From Actinomycetota bacterium (GTDB lineage: Bacteria; Actinomycetota; Actinomycetes; Actinomycetales; Microbacteriaceae), in NCBI GenBank assembly GCA_041178865.1, contig JBEGUL010000027.1, positions 12,152 to 76,151 on the forward strand: DNA of 64,000 bases, given 5' to 3'. Shown here in pieces: positions 1 to 10,043 of this stretch. The notes under the pieces were generated by a model. That model saw only the letters and a program-made list of their open reading frames with translations, had not been told where the DNA came from and ran no database searches. Numbering within the stretch: the first letter of the stretch is position 1; the number at the start of each line of letters is the position of its first letter. The position numbers were made by a program, and so were the translations under genes.

Positions 1-2
1 TG

Positions 3-953
3 ATTGACCCCGACGAGTTCGAAACAGAACGAGATGTCATTCTGGAAGAACTGGCCATGGCTGAAGATGACCCCTCAGACGTTGCACAGGAGCGTTTCTT
101 CGAAGGCGTGCTGGGGGAGCACCCCTTAGGCCGTCCCATTGGTGGAAGTCCTGAAACTATCCGTGCAGCCACGCGCGAAGCGGTCGTGGCGCACTACCAA
201 GCAAACTACCGCCCGAACGACTTAGTGATTACTGCAGCCGGTTCTCTAGATCACGATCAGCTCGTTGCCCAGATTCAACGAACCCTTGAGTCCGCTGGCT
301 GGGATTTGAGCGTTGAAGCAGCCCCGGTTGAGCGACGCCCTCGCACGCCAGCACTGATAACTCAGGGCAAGGCTTTGCAAGTCATTGAGCGCCCCATTGA
401 ACAGGCCAACATTATGTTGGGGGTTCCCGGCATCGTGGCAACCGACGAGCGTCGCGTTGTGCAAACTGTCATGAATGCCATCTTGGGTGGCGGAATGTCC
501 TCACGTTTGTTCCAAGAAATTCGTGAGAAGCGTGGCCTGGCCTACTCCGTATTCTCATTTGCCTCGTCGTATTCTGATGCCGGTGCTTTTGGTTTGTTTG
601 CTGGAACTTCGCCCAAAAAAGCACCAGAAGTGGCAGAGCTCATGCTGGCTGAATTCCACAAGCTTGCGGATCATGGCGTGAGTGCTGATGAACTGAGCCG
701 CGCGCAAGGTCAGCTTGCTGGCGGTTCTGCCCTTGCTTTGGAAGATACTGATTCGCGGATGTCACGTTTGGGCAAGGCAGAGATCTCCTCGGGGGAATTC
801 TTTGACTATGACGCAGCCATGACGATGCTCGATGCTGTCACCACTGAGCGCATTCAAGACCTAGCGCAGGAGCTTGCCGGCGGGAAGCTGTCTCTGGTTT
901 CTGTGGGCCAAGCAGATGAGGCTGCGTTATCGCGTATCCTTTCTCAGGGGTAA
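3..953 (+). CDS. M16 (pitrilysin) family zinc peptidase, 5'-truncated by the window edge
   Basis: Frame open from position 3 (IDPDEFETERDVILEEL). Motifs HPLGRPIGG, LGGGMSSRLFQEIREKRGLAYSV. Confidence 0.9.
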   Translation: MDPDEFETERDVILEELAMAEDDPSDVAQERFFEGVLGEHPLGRPIGGSPETIRAATREAVVAHYQANYRPNDLVITAAGSLDHDQLVAQIQRTLESAGWDLSVEAAPVERRPRTPALITQGKALQVIERPIEQANIMLGVPGIVATDERRVVQTVMNAILGGGMSSRLFQEIREKRGLAYSVFSFASSYSDAGAFGLFAGTSPKKAPEVAELMLAEFHKLADHGVSADELSRAQGQLAGGSALALEDTDSRMSRLGKAEISSGEFFDYDAAMTMLDAVTTERIQDLAQELAGGKLSLVSVGQADEAALSRILSQG

Positions 954-965
954 ACGGGGTAATCA

Positions 966-1568
966 ATGGCACACAACATCATCTTGGTTCGTCACGGCGA
1001 ACAACTCGACGCCGAGCACGGCGTCATAGACGGTCCACTTTCACCGCGCGGTATCTCTCAGGCAGAGGCAGTAGGACGTCGCTTGGCTGATGTTGAGTTC
1101 TCTCATGTCTGGCACTCTCCCTTGGAGCGTGCCTGGGAAACCGTGCGCGTGATGAGTGAGCAGATGCAGGGAGTCACTACGGAACCCTCTGCTCTCCTGA
1201 TGGATTGCATCCCTGCCGGAAAGAGCGATGAGACTCCTTCGGTATTCGACCCATTCTTTGGTTCTGTCACAGAAGCAGAGATTGAAGCAGGATCTGCTCA
1301 GATGGCTGATGCTGTTGCAGAGTTCTTGGCACCTGGTCGCCAGGGAGAAACAGACCTGCTCGTCACCCACAACAACGTCATTGCGTGGTTCGTACTGGAA
1401 GCTCTAGGTGCACCTGCATGGAAATGGGTCACGCTGAACCAGGCTTACTGCGGAATTACTGTGTTGCAGCAGCGTCCAGGGCGCCCCTGGGCCTTGGTCT
1501 CTCACAATGATCTTGGACACTTGCCGCTTGAACTTCGTTCGGGTATTCCAGACGCCTACACAATCTAG
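966..1568 (+). CDS. Histidine phosphatase (phosphoglycerate mutase-like) family protein
   Basis: LVRHGE catalytic motif, HSPLERAWET, LLVTH. Confidence 0.88.
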   Translation: MAHNIILVRHGEQLDAEHGVIDGPLSPRGISQAEAVGRRLADVEFSHVWHSPLERAWETVRVMSEQMQGVTTEPSALLMDCIPAGKSDETPSVFDPFFGSVTEAEIEAGSAQMADAVAEFLAPGRQGETDLLVTHNNVIAWFVLEALGAPAWKWVTLNQAYCGITVLQQRPGRPWALVSHNDLGHLPLELRSGIPDAYTI

Positions 1569-1577
1569 ACTTGTCTT

Positions 1578-2300
1578 GTGACTACATCCGTTGCCGTCGT
1601 TGGTGCCTCAGGGAAACTGGGTTCACTGGTTTGCCGTCTGATCACTGAATCAGAGGACTTTACGCTTGCTGCCCAGTTGGGTTCGCAAAGTGATCTGAGC
1701 GAGATGCTCGTGGCAGACATTGTCGTGGATGTGTCCTTGCCTTCGATCAGCCGCAAGGTTCTGGAATTTGCCGTGGAGAATGGCAAGTCGATCATGATTG
1801 GCACCTCAGGTTGGTCTGCCGAGCGCATCAACCAGGTTGAGCCCCTGATTGAATCCCACCCTGAAGTTGGCGTCATTTTCATTTCTAACTTCTCTCTGGG
1901 CTCTGCTCTCTCTGCTCACTTGGCAACCTTGGCCGCCAAGCACTTCGACTCCATTGAGATCATCGAAGCGCACGGCATCCACAAAGTTGACTCACCTTCG
2001 GGAACTGCTGTGAGCACGGCTGAACGTATTGGCAAGGTTCGCGACCAGGACGTTCAGGCACCTCACGCAGATCAGCGTGCTCGTGGTCAGCTTGTTGCGG
2101 GTGTTCCTGTGCACTCCCTGCGCATGGAAGGCGTCGTTGCAAAGCAGGACGTGATCTTTGGTGGCAATGGTGAAACGGTGACCATTACTCACACCACTCT
2201 TTCTGACCGCTCCTATGAAGCGGGCATCATGGCAGCTATTCGTGCACTACCCGGCCTCACCGGCAAAATCGTCGGTCTTGACCGCGTAATCAACCTCTAG
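1578..2300 (+). CDS. dapB: 4-hydroxy-tetrahydrodipicolinate reductase
   Basis: GASGKLG Rossmann motif, IGTSG, NFSLG, EAH..HKVDSPSGTA, HSLR. Confidence 0.95.
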   Translation: MTTSVAVVGASGKLGSLVCRLITESEDFTLAAQLGSQSDLSEMLVADIVVDVSLPSISRKVLEFAVENGKSIMIGTSGWSAERINQVEPLIESHPEVGVIFISNFSLGSALSAHLATLAAKHFDSIEIIEAHGIHKVDSPSGTAVSTAERIGKVRDQDVQAPHADQRARGQLVAGVPVHSLRMEGVVAKQDVIFGGNGETVTITHTTLSDRSYEAGIMAAIRALPGLTGKIVGLDRVINL

Positions 2301-2310
2301 GTCTGTTCAG

Positions 2311-2757
2311 ATGAGAGCAATTCTGGGTGCGTTGCTCATGGCAGCAGTACTCGCGCTGTATTTATGGGTTGCGGCCTATCAGGGCTACATCATGATTACC
2401 ACGGGTATTCCCGTTGCCATCGTGATGGGGGTTGCCCTGATTGTGCTTCCGGTAGTGGGGGCATGGGCACTCTGGCGTGAGATTGCCTTTGGTATTTACT
2501 CGACCAAGCTGGTCAACATCTTGGATTCGGAAGGGTCGCTTCCTGGCGATGACCTCCCACATCGCCCCAGTGGGCGGCCTATTCGAGCTGATGCGGATAA
2601 GGAATTCCCGGCATATGCTGCCGCAGTTGAAGTTGCTCCTGCGAGCTGGCGGGCATGGTGTCGATTGGGTTTGGCATATGACGCTTCAGGTGATCGCAGA
2701 CGTGCCCGTGCTGCAATTCGCACCGCGATTGCACTTCACAAGTCACACCCTGCGTAA
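2311..2757 (+). CDS. Two-TM membrane protein with C-terminal TPR-like repeat
   Basis: Two hydrophobic helices, then SWRAWCRLGLAYDASGDRRRARAAIRTAI. This family typically follows dapB in actinobacteria. Confidence 0.75.
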   Translation: MRAILGALLMAAVLALYLWVAAYQGYIMITTGIPVAIVMGVALIVLPVVGAWALWREIAFGIYSTKLVNILDSEGSLPGDDLPHRPSGRPIRADADKEFPAYAAAVEVAPASWRAWCRLGLAYDASGDRRRARAAIRTAIALHKSHPA

Positions 2758-3264
2758 CTAATCCCACGGCAGGAGCACTGCAGGGGCGACGGAGGCCAGC
2801 ATCGCCAGGGGAGAAAGATAGTCCTTCCCCACTCGCGCTCCCATGTGGAGGCAGGTGCAGTGGGTGCTTGTGCTGATCGTTCCGATCACATCTCCGCGTG
2901 CCACTCGTGCCCCCGCGATGAGAGTTGAGCTAACTGGTTCGAAGGTGGAAAGCATCCCATTATGTTCGAGGGAAATAAGTTCTCGGTCCACCACAGTGCC
3001 CACGAAGTGCACTTCTCCATCAGCAGGAGCACGCACTTCTTGGCCAACCTCAGCAACAAGGTCTATTCCTCGGTGACCAGCGCCATAAAACACACTGGGG
3101 GCCTCATAGCCATGCGAAATCGTGTGACTGCCATTCAGAGGCCACGACCAGCTTCCTGCGCGCAGCGCATGGGCTGAAGAGCTGTTGAGCGTGATGACCA
3201 CAGCAACACTGAACAAGCTGGTGGCTAAAAGCCGTAATGCAACGTTCTTGTCATATCCCCACAT
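2758..3264 (-). CDS. Secreted M23 family metallopeptidase
   Basis: Signal peptide, WSWPL, GHRGIDL (HxxxD), CLHMG. Confidence 0.9.
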   Translation of the reverse strand: MWGYDKNVALRLLATSLFSVAVVITLNSSSAHALRAGSWSWPLNGSHTISHGYEAPSVFYGAGHRGIDLVAEVGQEVRAPADGEVHFVGTVVDRELISLEHNGMLSTFEPVSSTLIAGARVARGDVIGTISTSTHCTCLHMGARVGKDYLSPLAMLASVAPAVLLPWD

Positions 3265-3331
3265 GCCTTGAGAATGCGTGAATCTGTCATCTCAATTGAT
3301 TCAATCCGAGGAGAAGTGGAGAAGCCTCGGT

Positions 3332-4927
3332 CTAGTGGACTGTGGAGGACTGCTTGGCATATTCGGCATAGAGTTCACGTTCTCGGTTCTTCTTGGGGAA
3401 GAAGAAGAACGTGATGAATAAACCAATCAGCATGACAAAGATGCCGGAAGCGTAAGCCCAGTTGGCGCCATCTAAGAACGACTGCTTCGCAGCTTCGATA
3501 ATGGCTTGGCTGTAGTCGGGATATTTAGCGGCTAAGTCTTCTGCGCTACCAAATGACTTTTTCAAGGTGTCACTGATGCCCGAGGTGATCTGGGTCTGTG
3601 TCGCTGCGGGAGCACCAGAGATGGCTTTCCCAATGGCCGCAGCGTAACCAGCGCCCAGGATCGCTCCAAGCAAAGACTGCATGATGGATCCACCTAGGTC
3701 GCGCTGCAAGTCACCTGTTCCGGAGGCCATGCCCACCTTGGTGACGGGCACAGAGTCTGTCAGGGCGTGGCTGGCAGGAGTTCCTGCAAAGCCCACACCG
3801 GCACCAATAAGCACATAGCTGATGATGACAACAGCAATGGGGGTGTTGATGTTCCAGCCAAAGAGCATGACCAAGAATCCAGCCATACACACAACGAAGC
3901 CCACCAGCAAGGTGATGCGTGAACCAAAGTTCTCGATCATGCGGCTAGAGAAAGGCGCCACAATCACCATGGCAATAGCCGAGGGGATAATGGCTAGTCC
4001 TGCTTCCAAGGTGTTGTATCCCAGAACGTTTTGGAGGAACTGTTGACCCACAAACATGGCACCCATCAATGAACCAAAGACAATGATGCCGGAGACGGCC
4101 GCCACCCAAAATGGCGGACGGGCAGCATATTTCAAGTCAAAGAGAGGTTCACTCGCACGCTTCTGACGCCAGAAGAACAAGAAACCGGTCACGGCAGATG
4201 CGCCCAGCATGGCCAGCGCGATGCCGAGCTGTCCATCGAGAGCGATGTAGTTGATACCCAGGACCAAGGTTCCGATGAAGATTCCAGAAAGAACGCCACC
4301 GAGGTGGTCAACTTTGTCCTTGGTTTCGTTCACGTGCGCAGGAACAAGCTTCCACACGAGGAAAATAGCCACAACGGCGAACGGCACAGCAATCAAGAAA
4401 GAGTAGCCCCAGGGCAGGATCATCAAGACGGCTCCGGCAAGCAGAGTCGAGGAAGCAGACATTGCAGCGCCAATGGCTGACCACAGCGCAATAGCCCGGG
4501 TTCGGGCAGGTCCAGACCACAGCGCCGTAATCAACGCCAACGTGGTGGGATAGGCCATACCGGCGGCGAAACCACCGATTAAGCGTGACAGAGCGAGCAT
4601 CTCAATATTGGGTGAAAATGCAGACATAAATGCTGCCGGGACACCAATAATCAAACCTGCGAGCAACATCAGCTTTCGGCCGTAACGGTCACCGAGAGCA
4701 CCCAGATACAGAACCGTTGCTGCGAGTCCGAGTGAGAATCCCACGGCCACCACATTCAGACCAGCCTGGGAGGCACCCAAGTCGCGGCCAATATCGGGCA
4801 GACCAACGTTGGCAACTGCCAAGTTCATGTTGGCAACTCCGGCGCCCAAGATCAGGGCGGTGAGGACTATCCCAGCCCGCGCGGGGGAGGTGCTGGGCGG
4901 AAGTGCGACTGCTACTGAAGATGCCAT
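3332..4927 (-). CDS. MFS transporter, DHA2/EmrB-QacA-like (14 TM)
   Basis: GALGDRYGRK motif A, many TM helices, EPLFDL. Start placed at ATG 4927. Confidence 0.9.
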   Translation of the reverse strand: MASSVAVALPPSTSPARAGIVLTALILGAGVANMNLAVANVGLPDIGRDLGASQAGLNVVAVGFSLGLAATVLYLGALGDRYGRKLMLLAGLIIGVPAAFMSAFSPNIEMLALSRLIGGFAAGMAYPTTLALITALWSGPARTRAIALWSAIGAAMSASSTLLAGAVLMILPWGYSFLIAVPFAVVAIFLVWKLVPAHVNETKDKVDHLGGVLSGIFIGTLVLGINYIALDGQLGIALAMLGASAVTGFLFFWRQKRASEPLFDLKYAARPPFWVAAVSGIIVFGSLMGAMFVGQQFLQNVLGYNTLEAGLAIIPSAIAMVIVAPFSSRMIENFGSRITLLVGFVVCMAGFLVMLFGWNINTPIAVVIISYVLIGAGVGFAGTPASHALTDSVPVTKVGMASGTGDLQRDLGGSIMQSLLGAILGAGYAAAIGKAISGAPAATQTQITSGISDTLKKSFGSAEDLAAKYPDYSQAIIEAAKQSFLDGANWAYASGIFVMLIGLFITFFFFPKKNRERELYAEYAKQSSTVH

Positions 4928-5145
4928 ACCCCTATCTTGCCTGTTATGCTGGGACAGCACTTCCATTTTGGGAGTGACTTCGCGTGCCCAACACGTATGA
5001 CAAGACCCTTCGGTCGAATAAGAGAAATCTTTTTCGCGGGAATTGCATCGGGCACTAGGGCAGGAACCAACCGGTTACCTGCGACAAAACCGCAAGCGGT
5101 ATGTGTTGTGCTGTGCACAAAACATGCCAAGAAAAGGAGATGGCC

Positions 5146-6099
5146 ATGGCCGTCGTCACAATCCGCCAGCTGCTCGACAGCGGCGTTCACTTTGGTCACC
5201 AGACCCGCCGTTGGAACCCGAAAGTAAAGCGTTTCGTTCTTGCTGAGCGTTCCGGTATCCACATCATCGACCTGCAGCAGTCCTTGCAGCACATCGACAA
5301 CGCTTACGAGTTCGTCAAGGAAACCGTTGCACACGGTGGAACCGTTCTCTTCGTTGGTACCAAGAAGCAGGCTCAGGAAGCAATCCTCGAGCAGGCAACC
5401 CGCGTAGGTCAGCCATATGTCAACCAGCGTTGGCTCGGTGGCCTCCTGACCAACTTCAACACTGTTGGACAGCGCCTCGCACGTATGAAGGAGCTCGAAG
5501 AGCTCGATTTCGAAGACACCGCAAAGAGTGGCTTCACCAAGAAGGAACTTCTGATCAAGAAGCGTGAACTCATCAAGCTCCACAAGAGCCTCGGTGGTAT
5601 CCGTAACCTGACCAAGACCCCTTCTGCTATCTGGGTAGTTGACACCAAGAAGGAGCACCTGGCTATCCAGGAGGCAAAGAAGCTTGGTATCCCCGTCATT
5701 GGTATCCTCGACACCAACTGCGACCCAGACGAGATGACCTACCCCATCCCCGGTAACGACGACGCAATCCGCTCTGTTGGACTGCTGACCCGCGTTATCG
5801 CTGATGCAGTAGCTGAAGGCCTGATCCAGCGCCACCAGAAGCCTGCTGAGGGTGAAGCTGCAGAGCCTATGGCTGAGTGGGAGCGTGAACTCCTCGAGGC
5901 TGGCGCACCTGCTGCTGAGGTAGCTGTTGAAGCTGCTGTCGTTGAAGCAGTTGCTGAAGTTGTTGCTGAAGAAGTAGTCGCTGAAGTTGCTGCAGAGAAG
6001 AAGCCTGCTGCAAAGAAGGCTGCTGCTCCCAAGGCTGACGCTGCAGAGAAGAAGCCTGCCGCTAAAAAGCCTGCTGCCAAGAAGCCCGCAGCAGAATAA
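5146..6099 (+). CDS. rpsB: 30S ribosomal protein S2
   Basis: [44 protein letters not shown] upstream; alternative ATG at 5140. Confidence 0.99.
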   Translation: MAVVTIRQLLDSGVHFGHQTRRWNPKVKRFVLAERSGIHIIDLQQSLQHIDNAYEFVKETVAHGGTVLFVGTKKQAQEAILEQATRVGQPYVNQRWLGGLLTNFNTVGQRLARMKELEELDFEDTAKSGFTKKELLIKKRELIKLHKSLGGIRNLTKTPSAIWVVDTKKEHLAIQEAKKLGIPVIGILDTNCDPDEMTYPIPGNDDAIRSVGLLTRVIADAVAEGLIQRHQKPAEGEAAEPMAEWERELLEAGAPAAEVAVEAAVVEAVAEVVAEEVVAEVAAEKKPAAKKAAAPKADAAEKKPAAKKPAAKKPAAE

Positions 6100-6135
6100 T
6101 TTCCCACTTTCAATCCTTAAATAGGAGCTAAAACT

Positions 6136-6963
6136 ATGGCATCTTTCAGCATGGAAGACCTCAAGACCCTGCGCGAGCGCCTCGGCACCGGCATGGTCGA
6201 CACCAAGAATGCACTCACCGAAGCTAACGGTGACTTGGAAAAAGCAACAGAGATCTTGCGTCTCAAGGGAGCAAAGGGTAACGCGAAGCGTGCCGACCGC
6301 TCCACGAGCGAAGGCCTCGTTGCCGCTAAGGAAGAGAACGGCTCTGCAACCATGATCGAGCTCGCATGCGAGACCGACTTCGTGGCAAAGGGTGACAAGT
6401 TCGTTGCACTCGCAGCGAAGGTTCTCGACGCAGTTTCTGCAGCTGGCGCAACTTCGGTTGATGCCGGTCTTGCAGCATCAGCTGGTTCTCAGACCGTGGC
6501 AGAACTCATCGCTGATGAGGCTGCAATCCTCGGCGAGAAGATCGAACTTCGTCGTCTTGCTGCTTTCAGCGGTGACAAGTTCTCCATCTACATGCACCAG
6601 ACCAGCCAGGACCTTCCTCCTCAGGTTGGTGTTGTGGTTGCGTACACCGGTGACGACGCAGAGACTGCTCGTGCAATTGCACAGCACATCTCCTTCGCTG
6701 ACCCTGTGTACCTGAGCCGCGCAGATGTTCCTGCAGAGGACATCGAGAAGGAGCGCGCAATCGTTACTGAAATCAGCCGTAACGAGGGCAAGCCTGAAGC
6801 TCAGCTGGAGAAGATCGTTGACGGTCGTATCTCTGCCTACATCAAGCAGATCGCTCTGCTCGAGCAGGAATACTCCCGCGACAACAAGTTCAAGGTCCAG
6901 CAGGTCGTTGACAACGCCGGCATCACTGTCACGAGCTTTGCTCGTTTCAAGGTTGGCGCATAG
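6136..6963 (+). CDS. tsf: Translation elongation factor Ts
   Basis: LRERLGTGMVDTKNAL, ELACETDFVAK, FARFKVG; follows rpsB. Confidence 0.99.
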   Translation: MASFSMEDLKTLRERLGTGMVDTKNALTEANGDLEKATEILRLKGAKGNAKRADRSTSEGLVAAKEENGSATMIELACETDFVAKGDKFVALAAKVLDAVSAAGATSVDAGLAASAGSQTVAELIADEAAILGEKIELRRLAAFSGDKFSIYMHQTSQDLPPQVGVVVAYTGDDAETARAIAQHISFADPVYLSRADVPAEDIEKERAIVTEISRNEGKPEAQLEKIVDGRISAYIKQIALLEQEYSRDNKFKVQQVVDNAGITVTSFARFKVGA

Positions 6964-6980
6964 TCGTTAGAAACACTCGT

Positions 6981-7015
6981 AAAGAAGCCCGGTCCACTAT
7001 GGATCGGGCTTCTTT
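6981..7015 (+). terminator. Intrinsic terminator after tsf
   Basis: AAAGAAGCCCGGTCCA-CTA-TGGATCGGGCTTCTTT hairpin. Confidence 0.85.
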
Positions 7016-7093
7016 CATGTGTGCCGTCTATCTCAGCAGCGGTGCACCCAGTAAATTAGTTCTAGCGCCACTGCTTTTTAGATAAGGAATCTC

Positions 7094-7807
7094 ATGCCGA
7101 CAAAGACCCGCCGTCGAGTTCTACTCAAGCTTTCGGGTGAGGCATTTGGTGGCGGTGGACTGGGTGTGAACCCTGACGTGGTTAGCGCCATTGCTCGCGA
7201 AATCGCAGCAGCCTCCGAACACGTAGATATCGCTGTGGTTGTCGGTGGTGGTAACTTCTTCCGCGGAGCTGAGCTCTCTCAGCGCGGTATGGATCGCGCA
7301 CGTGCGGACTACATGGGCATGCTCGGTACCGTGATGAACGCTTTGGCTCTCCAAGACTTCCTCGAGCAGGCAGGTGCTGCAACACGTGTGCAGTCGGCTA
7401 TCGCGATGAGCCAGGTTGCTGAGCCTTACCTCCCCTTACGCGCCATTCGCCACCTGGAAAAGGGACGCGTTGTGGTCTTCGGTGCCGGTGCTGGTCTTCC
7501 CTACTTCTCCACAGACACTGTTTCTGCCCAGCGCGCACTCGAAATTCTTGCTGATGAGGTCCTCGTCGCCAAGAATGGCGTAGACGGCGTCTACACGGCA
7601 GATCCCAAAACAGACCCCACTGCAGAGAAGTTGGAGACCGTCACGTTCCGTGACGCTCTTAAGCGTGGACTCAAGGTGGTTGACTCGACCGCCTTCAGCC
7701 TGTGTATGGACAACAAAATGCCTATGCGGGTCTTTGGAATGGAGCCTTCCGGCAACATCACCAAGGCCATTCTGGGCGAAAAGATCGGCACGCTGGTCAC
7801 CAACTAG
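7094..7807 (+). CDS. pyrH: UMP kinase
   Basis: [34 protein letters not shown]. Confidence 0.99.
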   Translation: MPTKTRRRVLLKLSGEAFGGGGLGVNPDVVSAIAREIAAASEHVDIAVVVGGGNFFRGAELSQRGMDRARADYMGMLGTVMNALALQDFLEQAGAATRVQSAIAMSQVAEPYLPLRAIRHLEKGRVVVFGAGAGLPYFSTDTVSAQRALEILADEVLVAKNGVDGVYTADPKTDPTAEKLETVTFRDALKRGLKVVDSTAFSLCMDNKMPMRVFGMEPSGNITKAILGEKIGTLVTN

Positions 7808-7842
7808 ACTGGCTCTAACGCACCAAATTTCAAGGAGTTACC

Positions 7843-8397
7843 GTGATTGCGGAAGTACTGTCAGATGCCTCAGAGCGCATGGCCAAAGCTGTTGAAGTAG
7901 CAAAAGAAGATTTCTCAAGCGTGCGCACCGGCCGCGCAAACCCTGCCATGTTCCAGAAGGTCATGGTCACCTACTACGGCAGCCCCACTCCGCTGGCACA
8001 GCTTGCTTCCATGCAGAACCCTGAAGCTCGCACGCTGCTGATTACCCCTTTCGACAAGACTGCTCTGCGCGACATTGAGCAGGCTCTGCGCGATGTTCCC
8101 AACTTGGACGCCAACCCCACCAATGATGGAAATGTCATTCGTTTGAGCCTTCCTGAGCTCACCGAAGATCGTCGTAAGGAATACGTCAAGATCGTGAAGA
8201 CAAAGGCCGAAGACGCCAAGGTTTCTCTGCGCAACATCCGTCGTAGCGCCAAGGACGGCATCGATGCGTTCAAGGGGGAGCTCGGCGATGACGAGCGTGC
8301 TCGTGGTGAGAAGGAACTCGAAGCCATCACCAAGAAGTATGTCGATGCTATTGACGATGCGCTCAAGCACAAGGAAGCTGAACTCCTTAAGGTTTAG
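7843..8397 (+). CDS. frr: Ribosome recycling factor
   Basis: [30 protein letters not shown]. Confidence 0.99.
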   Translation: MIAEVLSDASERMAKAVEVAKEDFSSVRTGRANPAMFQKVMVTYYGSPTPLAQLASMQNPEARTLLITPFDKTALRDIEQALRDVPNLDANPTNDGNVIRLSLPELTEDRRKEYVKIVKTKAEDAKVSLRNIRRSAKDGIDAFKGELGDDERARGEKELEAITKKYVDAIDDALKHKEAELLKV

Positions 8398-8417
8398 CCT
8401 TTTCTCTGGCCCGGGGC

Positions 8418-9392
8418 ATGAACGAGAATCCGAACCGCGACGAGCACAGCAGGAGAAATCCTGCTGGTGAGTTGCATGCGCAATTCAGAGCTACTCGTGC
8501 TGACTTTGAACGCCAGTTAGAAACGCGAAGGCTACAGTTCGAGAAGACGAACGAGCGCATCAAGCAGAAGTCTGGACGCAATCTTCTCGGTGCTATCGGC
8601 ATCGGTATTGTCCTGGGTGGCCTACTTCTGCTGAGTTTGTTGGTGGACAAGAACCTCTTCATGCTCTTTGCGGCAGTGCTTTTGGGTATTTCTGCTGTGG
8701 AGTTGGCCACGGCCTTGCATGCCATGGGCAGACGAGTTCCCCGAATCCCCACTGCACTGACGACGGTGGCAGCCGTTCCCGTTGCCTACTTCTTCGGTAT
8801 CTTTGCTGCCCTTGCTGTTGCCGCAGCAGGTGTGGTCTTTGTCTCACTCTGGCGATTTGTCGAAATCAAACGGGATTACCACGCCACGGCTGATGTCAGC
8901 TTGCGTAAAGATGCTCTAGCTGCGCTCTTTGTTCAGGCCTATGTCACGGTGTTGGGAAGCTTCGCCGTTGCCTTAGTAGCAAAGCCAGATGGCCAGTGGT
9001 GGACCTTGGCTTTCCTCATCATTGTGGTGTCAGTTGATACCGGCGCCTATGCCAGCGGTTTGAACTTTGGCAAGCATTTGATGGCACCCAAAATTAGCCC
9101 CAAGAAGACCTGGGAAGGTTTTGCAGGGGCAGCACTTGCTGCCATTATCGCTGCCGTATTGCTCAGTATCTTTATGATTGGTCAGCCTTGGTGGTTTGGT
9201 CTCATCATGGGGCCTATCCTCCTCGTCACCGCGACTTTGGGTGACCTCGGGGAATCTCACATCAAGCGCACTATTGGCGTGAAAGATATGAGCTCCTGGT
9301 TGGCTGGTCACGGCGGATTCTTAGACCGACTCGACTCGATTCTTCCTTCCGCACTCGTGACATTTGTGATCTATACCCTCGTTGTGCACTAA
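8418..9392 (+). CDS. cdsA: Phosphatidate cytidylyltransferase
   Basis: DTGAY..G..FGKH, ISPKKTWEG, GDLGES.IKR..GVKD, GHGGFLDRLDS. Confidence 0.97.
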   Translation: MNENPNRDEHSRRNPAGELHAQFRATRADFERQLETRRLQFEKTNERIKQKSGRNLLGAIGIGIVLGGLLLLSLLVDKNLFMLFAAVLLGISAVELATALHAMGRRVPRIPTALTTVAAVPVAYFFGIFAALAVAAAGVVFVSLWRFVEIKRDYHATADVSLRKDALAALFVQAYVTVLGSFAVALVAKPDGQWWTLAFLIIVVSVDTGAYASGLNFGKHLMAPKISPKKTWEGFAGAALAAIIAAVLLSIFMIGQPWWFGLIMGPILLVTATLGDLGESHIKRTIGVKDMSSWLAGHGGFLDRLDSILPSALVTFVIYTLVVH

Positions 9393-9422
9393 CGCACAGG
9401 ATTCTCTGAAACAATAAGTTTT

Positions 9423-9980
9423 GTGAGTATGACTTTTCCCCGTGTGAAGCGCGGTAGCCGCGGATATAAAACTTCCGAAGTAGATGCCTTCATTGCTGAA
9501 GCTCGCATTGCCTATGACAGCAACATTGCCGGAGCATCCACGCTCACCTCACGCGCTATTCGCGACATGTCTTTTGATCTACACAAGGGTGGCTACTCAA
9601 CCCGTCACGTTGATGGTGCTCTCGAGCGACTCGAAACTGCCTTTGCTGAACGTGAACGCGCGGTTGCCCTTGCCACTATTGGTGAAGCTGCCTGGTTGGA
9701 ACAAGCCAGTCAGATCTCGTCTGTCTTGACGGCACGCTTTGCTCGTGCGCCCAAGCACCGTTTTGCTCGTGCTGGTTTTCTAGCACAGGGTTATGCCATC
9801 AAAGATGTTGATGCTTTTGCCGAACGTGTGAATGCGTATTTGCTTCAGGGCGAGCCACTCAGTGTTTCGGATGTTCGATCAGTGACCTTCCGCTCTGCTT
9901 GTGGGGGTTACGAAGAAGGACAGGTAGATGCTGTTCTCGACGCTCTCGTGGACCTTCTTCTGTCCCTCGGAAACAACTAA
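9423..9980 (+). CDS. Double DivIVA-domain protein
   Basis: Repeated GY...VD motifs (RGYKTSEVD, GGYSTRHVD, QGYAIKDVD, GGYEEGQVD). Start may be ATG 9429. Confidence 0.85.
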   Translation: MSMTFPRVKRGSRGYKTSEVDAFIAEARIAYDSNIAGASTLTSRAIRDMSFDLHKGGYSTRHVDGALERLETAFAERERAVALATIGEAAWLEQASQISSVLTARFARAPKHRFARAGFLAQGYAIKDVDAFAERVNAYLLQGEPLSVSDVRSVTFRSACGGYEEGQVDAVLDALVDLLLSLGNN

Positions 9981-10043
9981 AAGTCCTGTTCAGAGCCACT
10001 CTGCTGGCTGATTCACAGCCTTCTAGTCTAAAATCAGATAACT

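Noticed and set aside
4912-5835. 307-aa antisense ORF over rpsB (similar long shadows over glgB, gatB, ettA, pepN and the YbbN-like gene)
   Set aside because: These lie opposite well-conserved, codon-biased genes, where antisense frames lack stops by default; no recognisable motifs.
7503-7514. Other CTCCACA matches inside genes (e.g. pyrH, 15812, 61653)
   Set aside because: They are within coding sequence and lack the second box and downstream ACGCATTCT; expected by chance.
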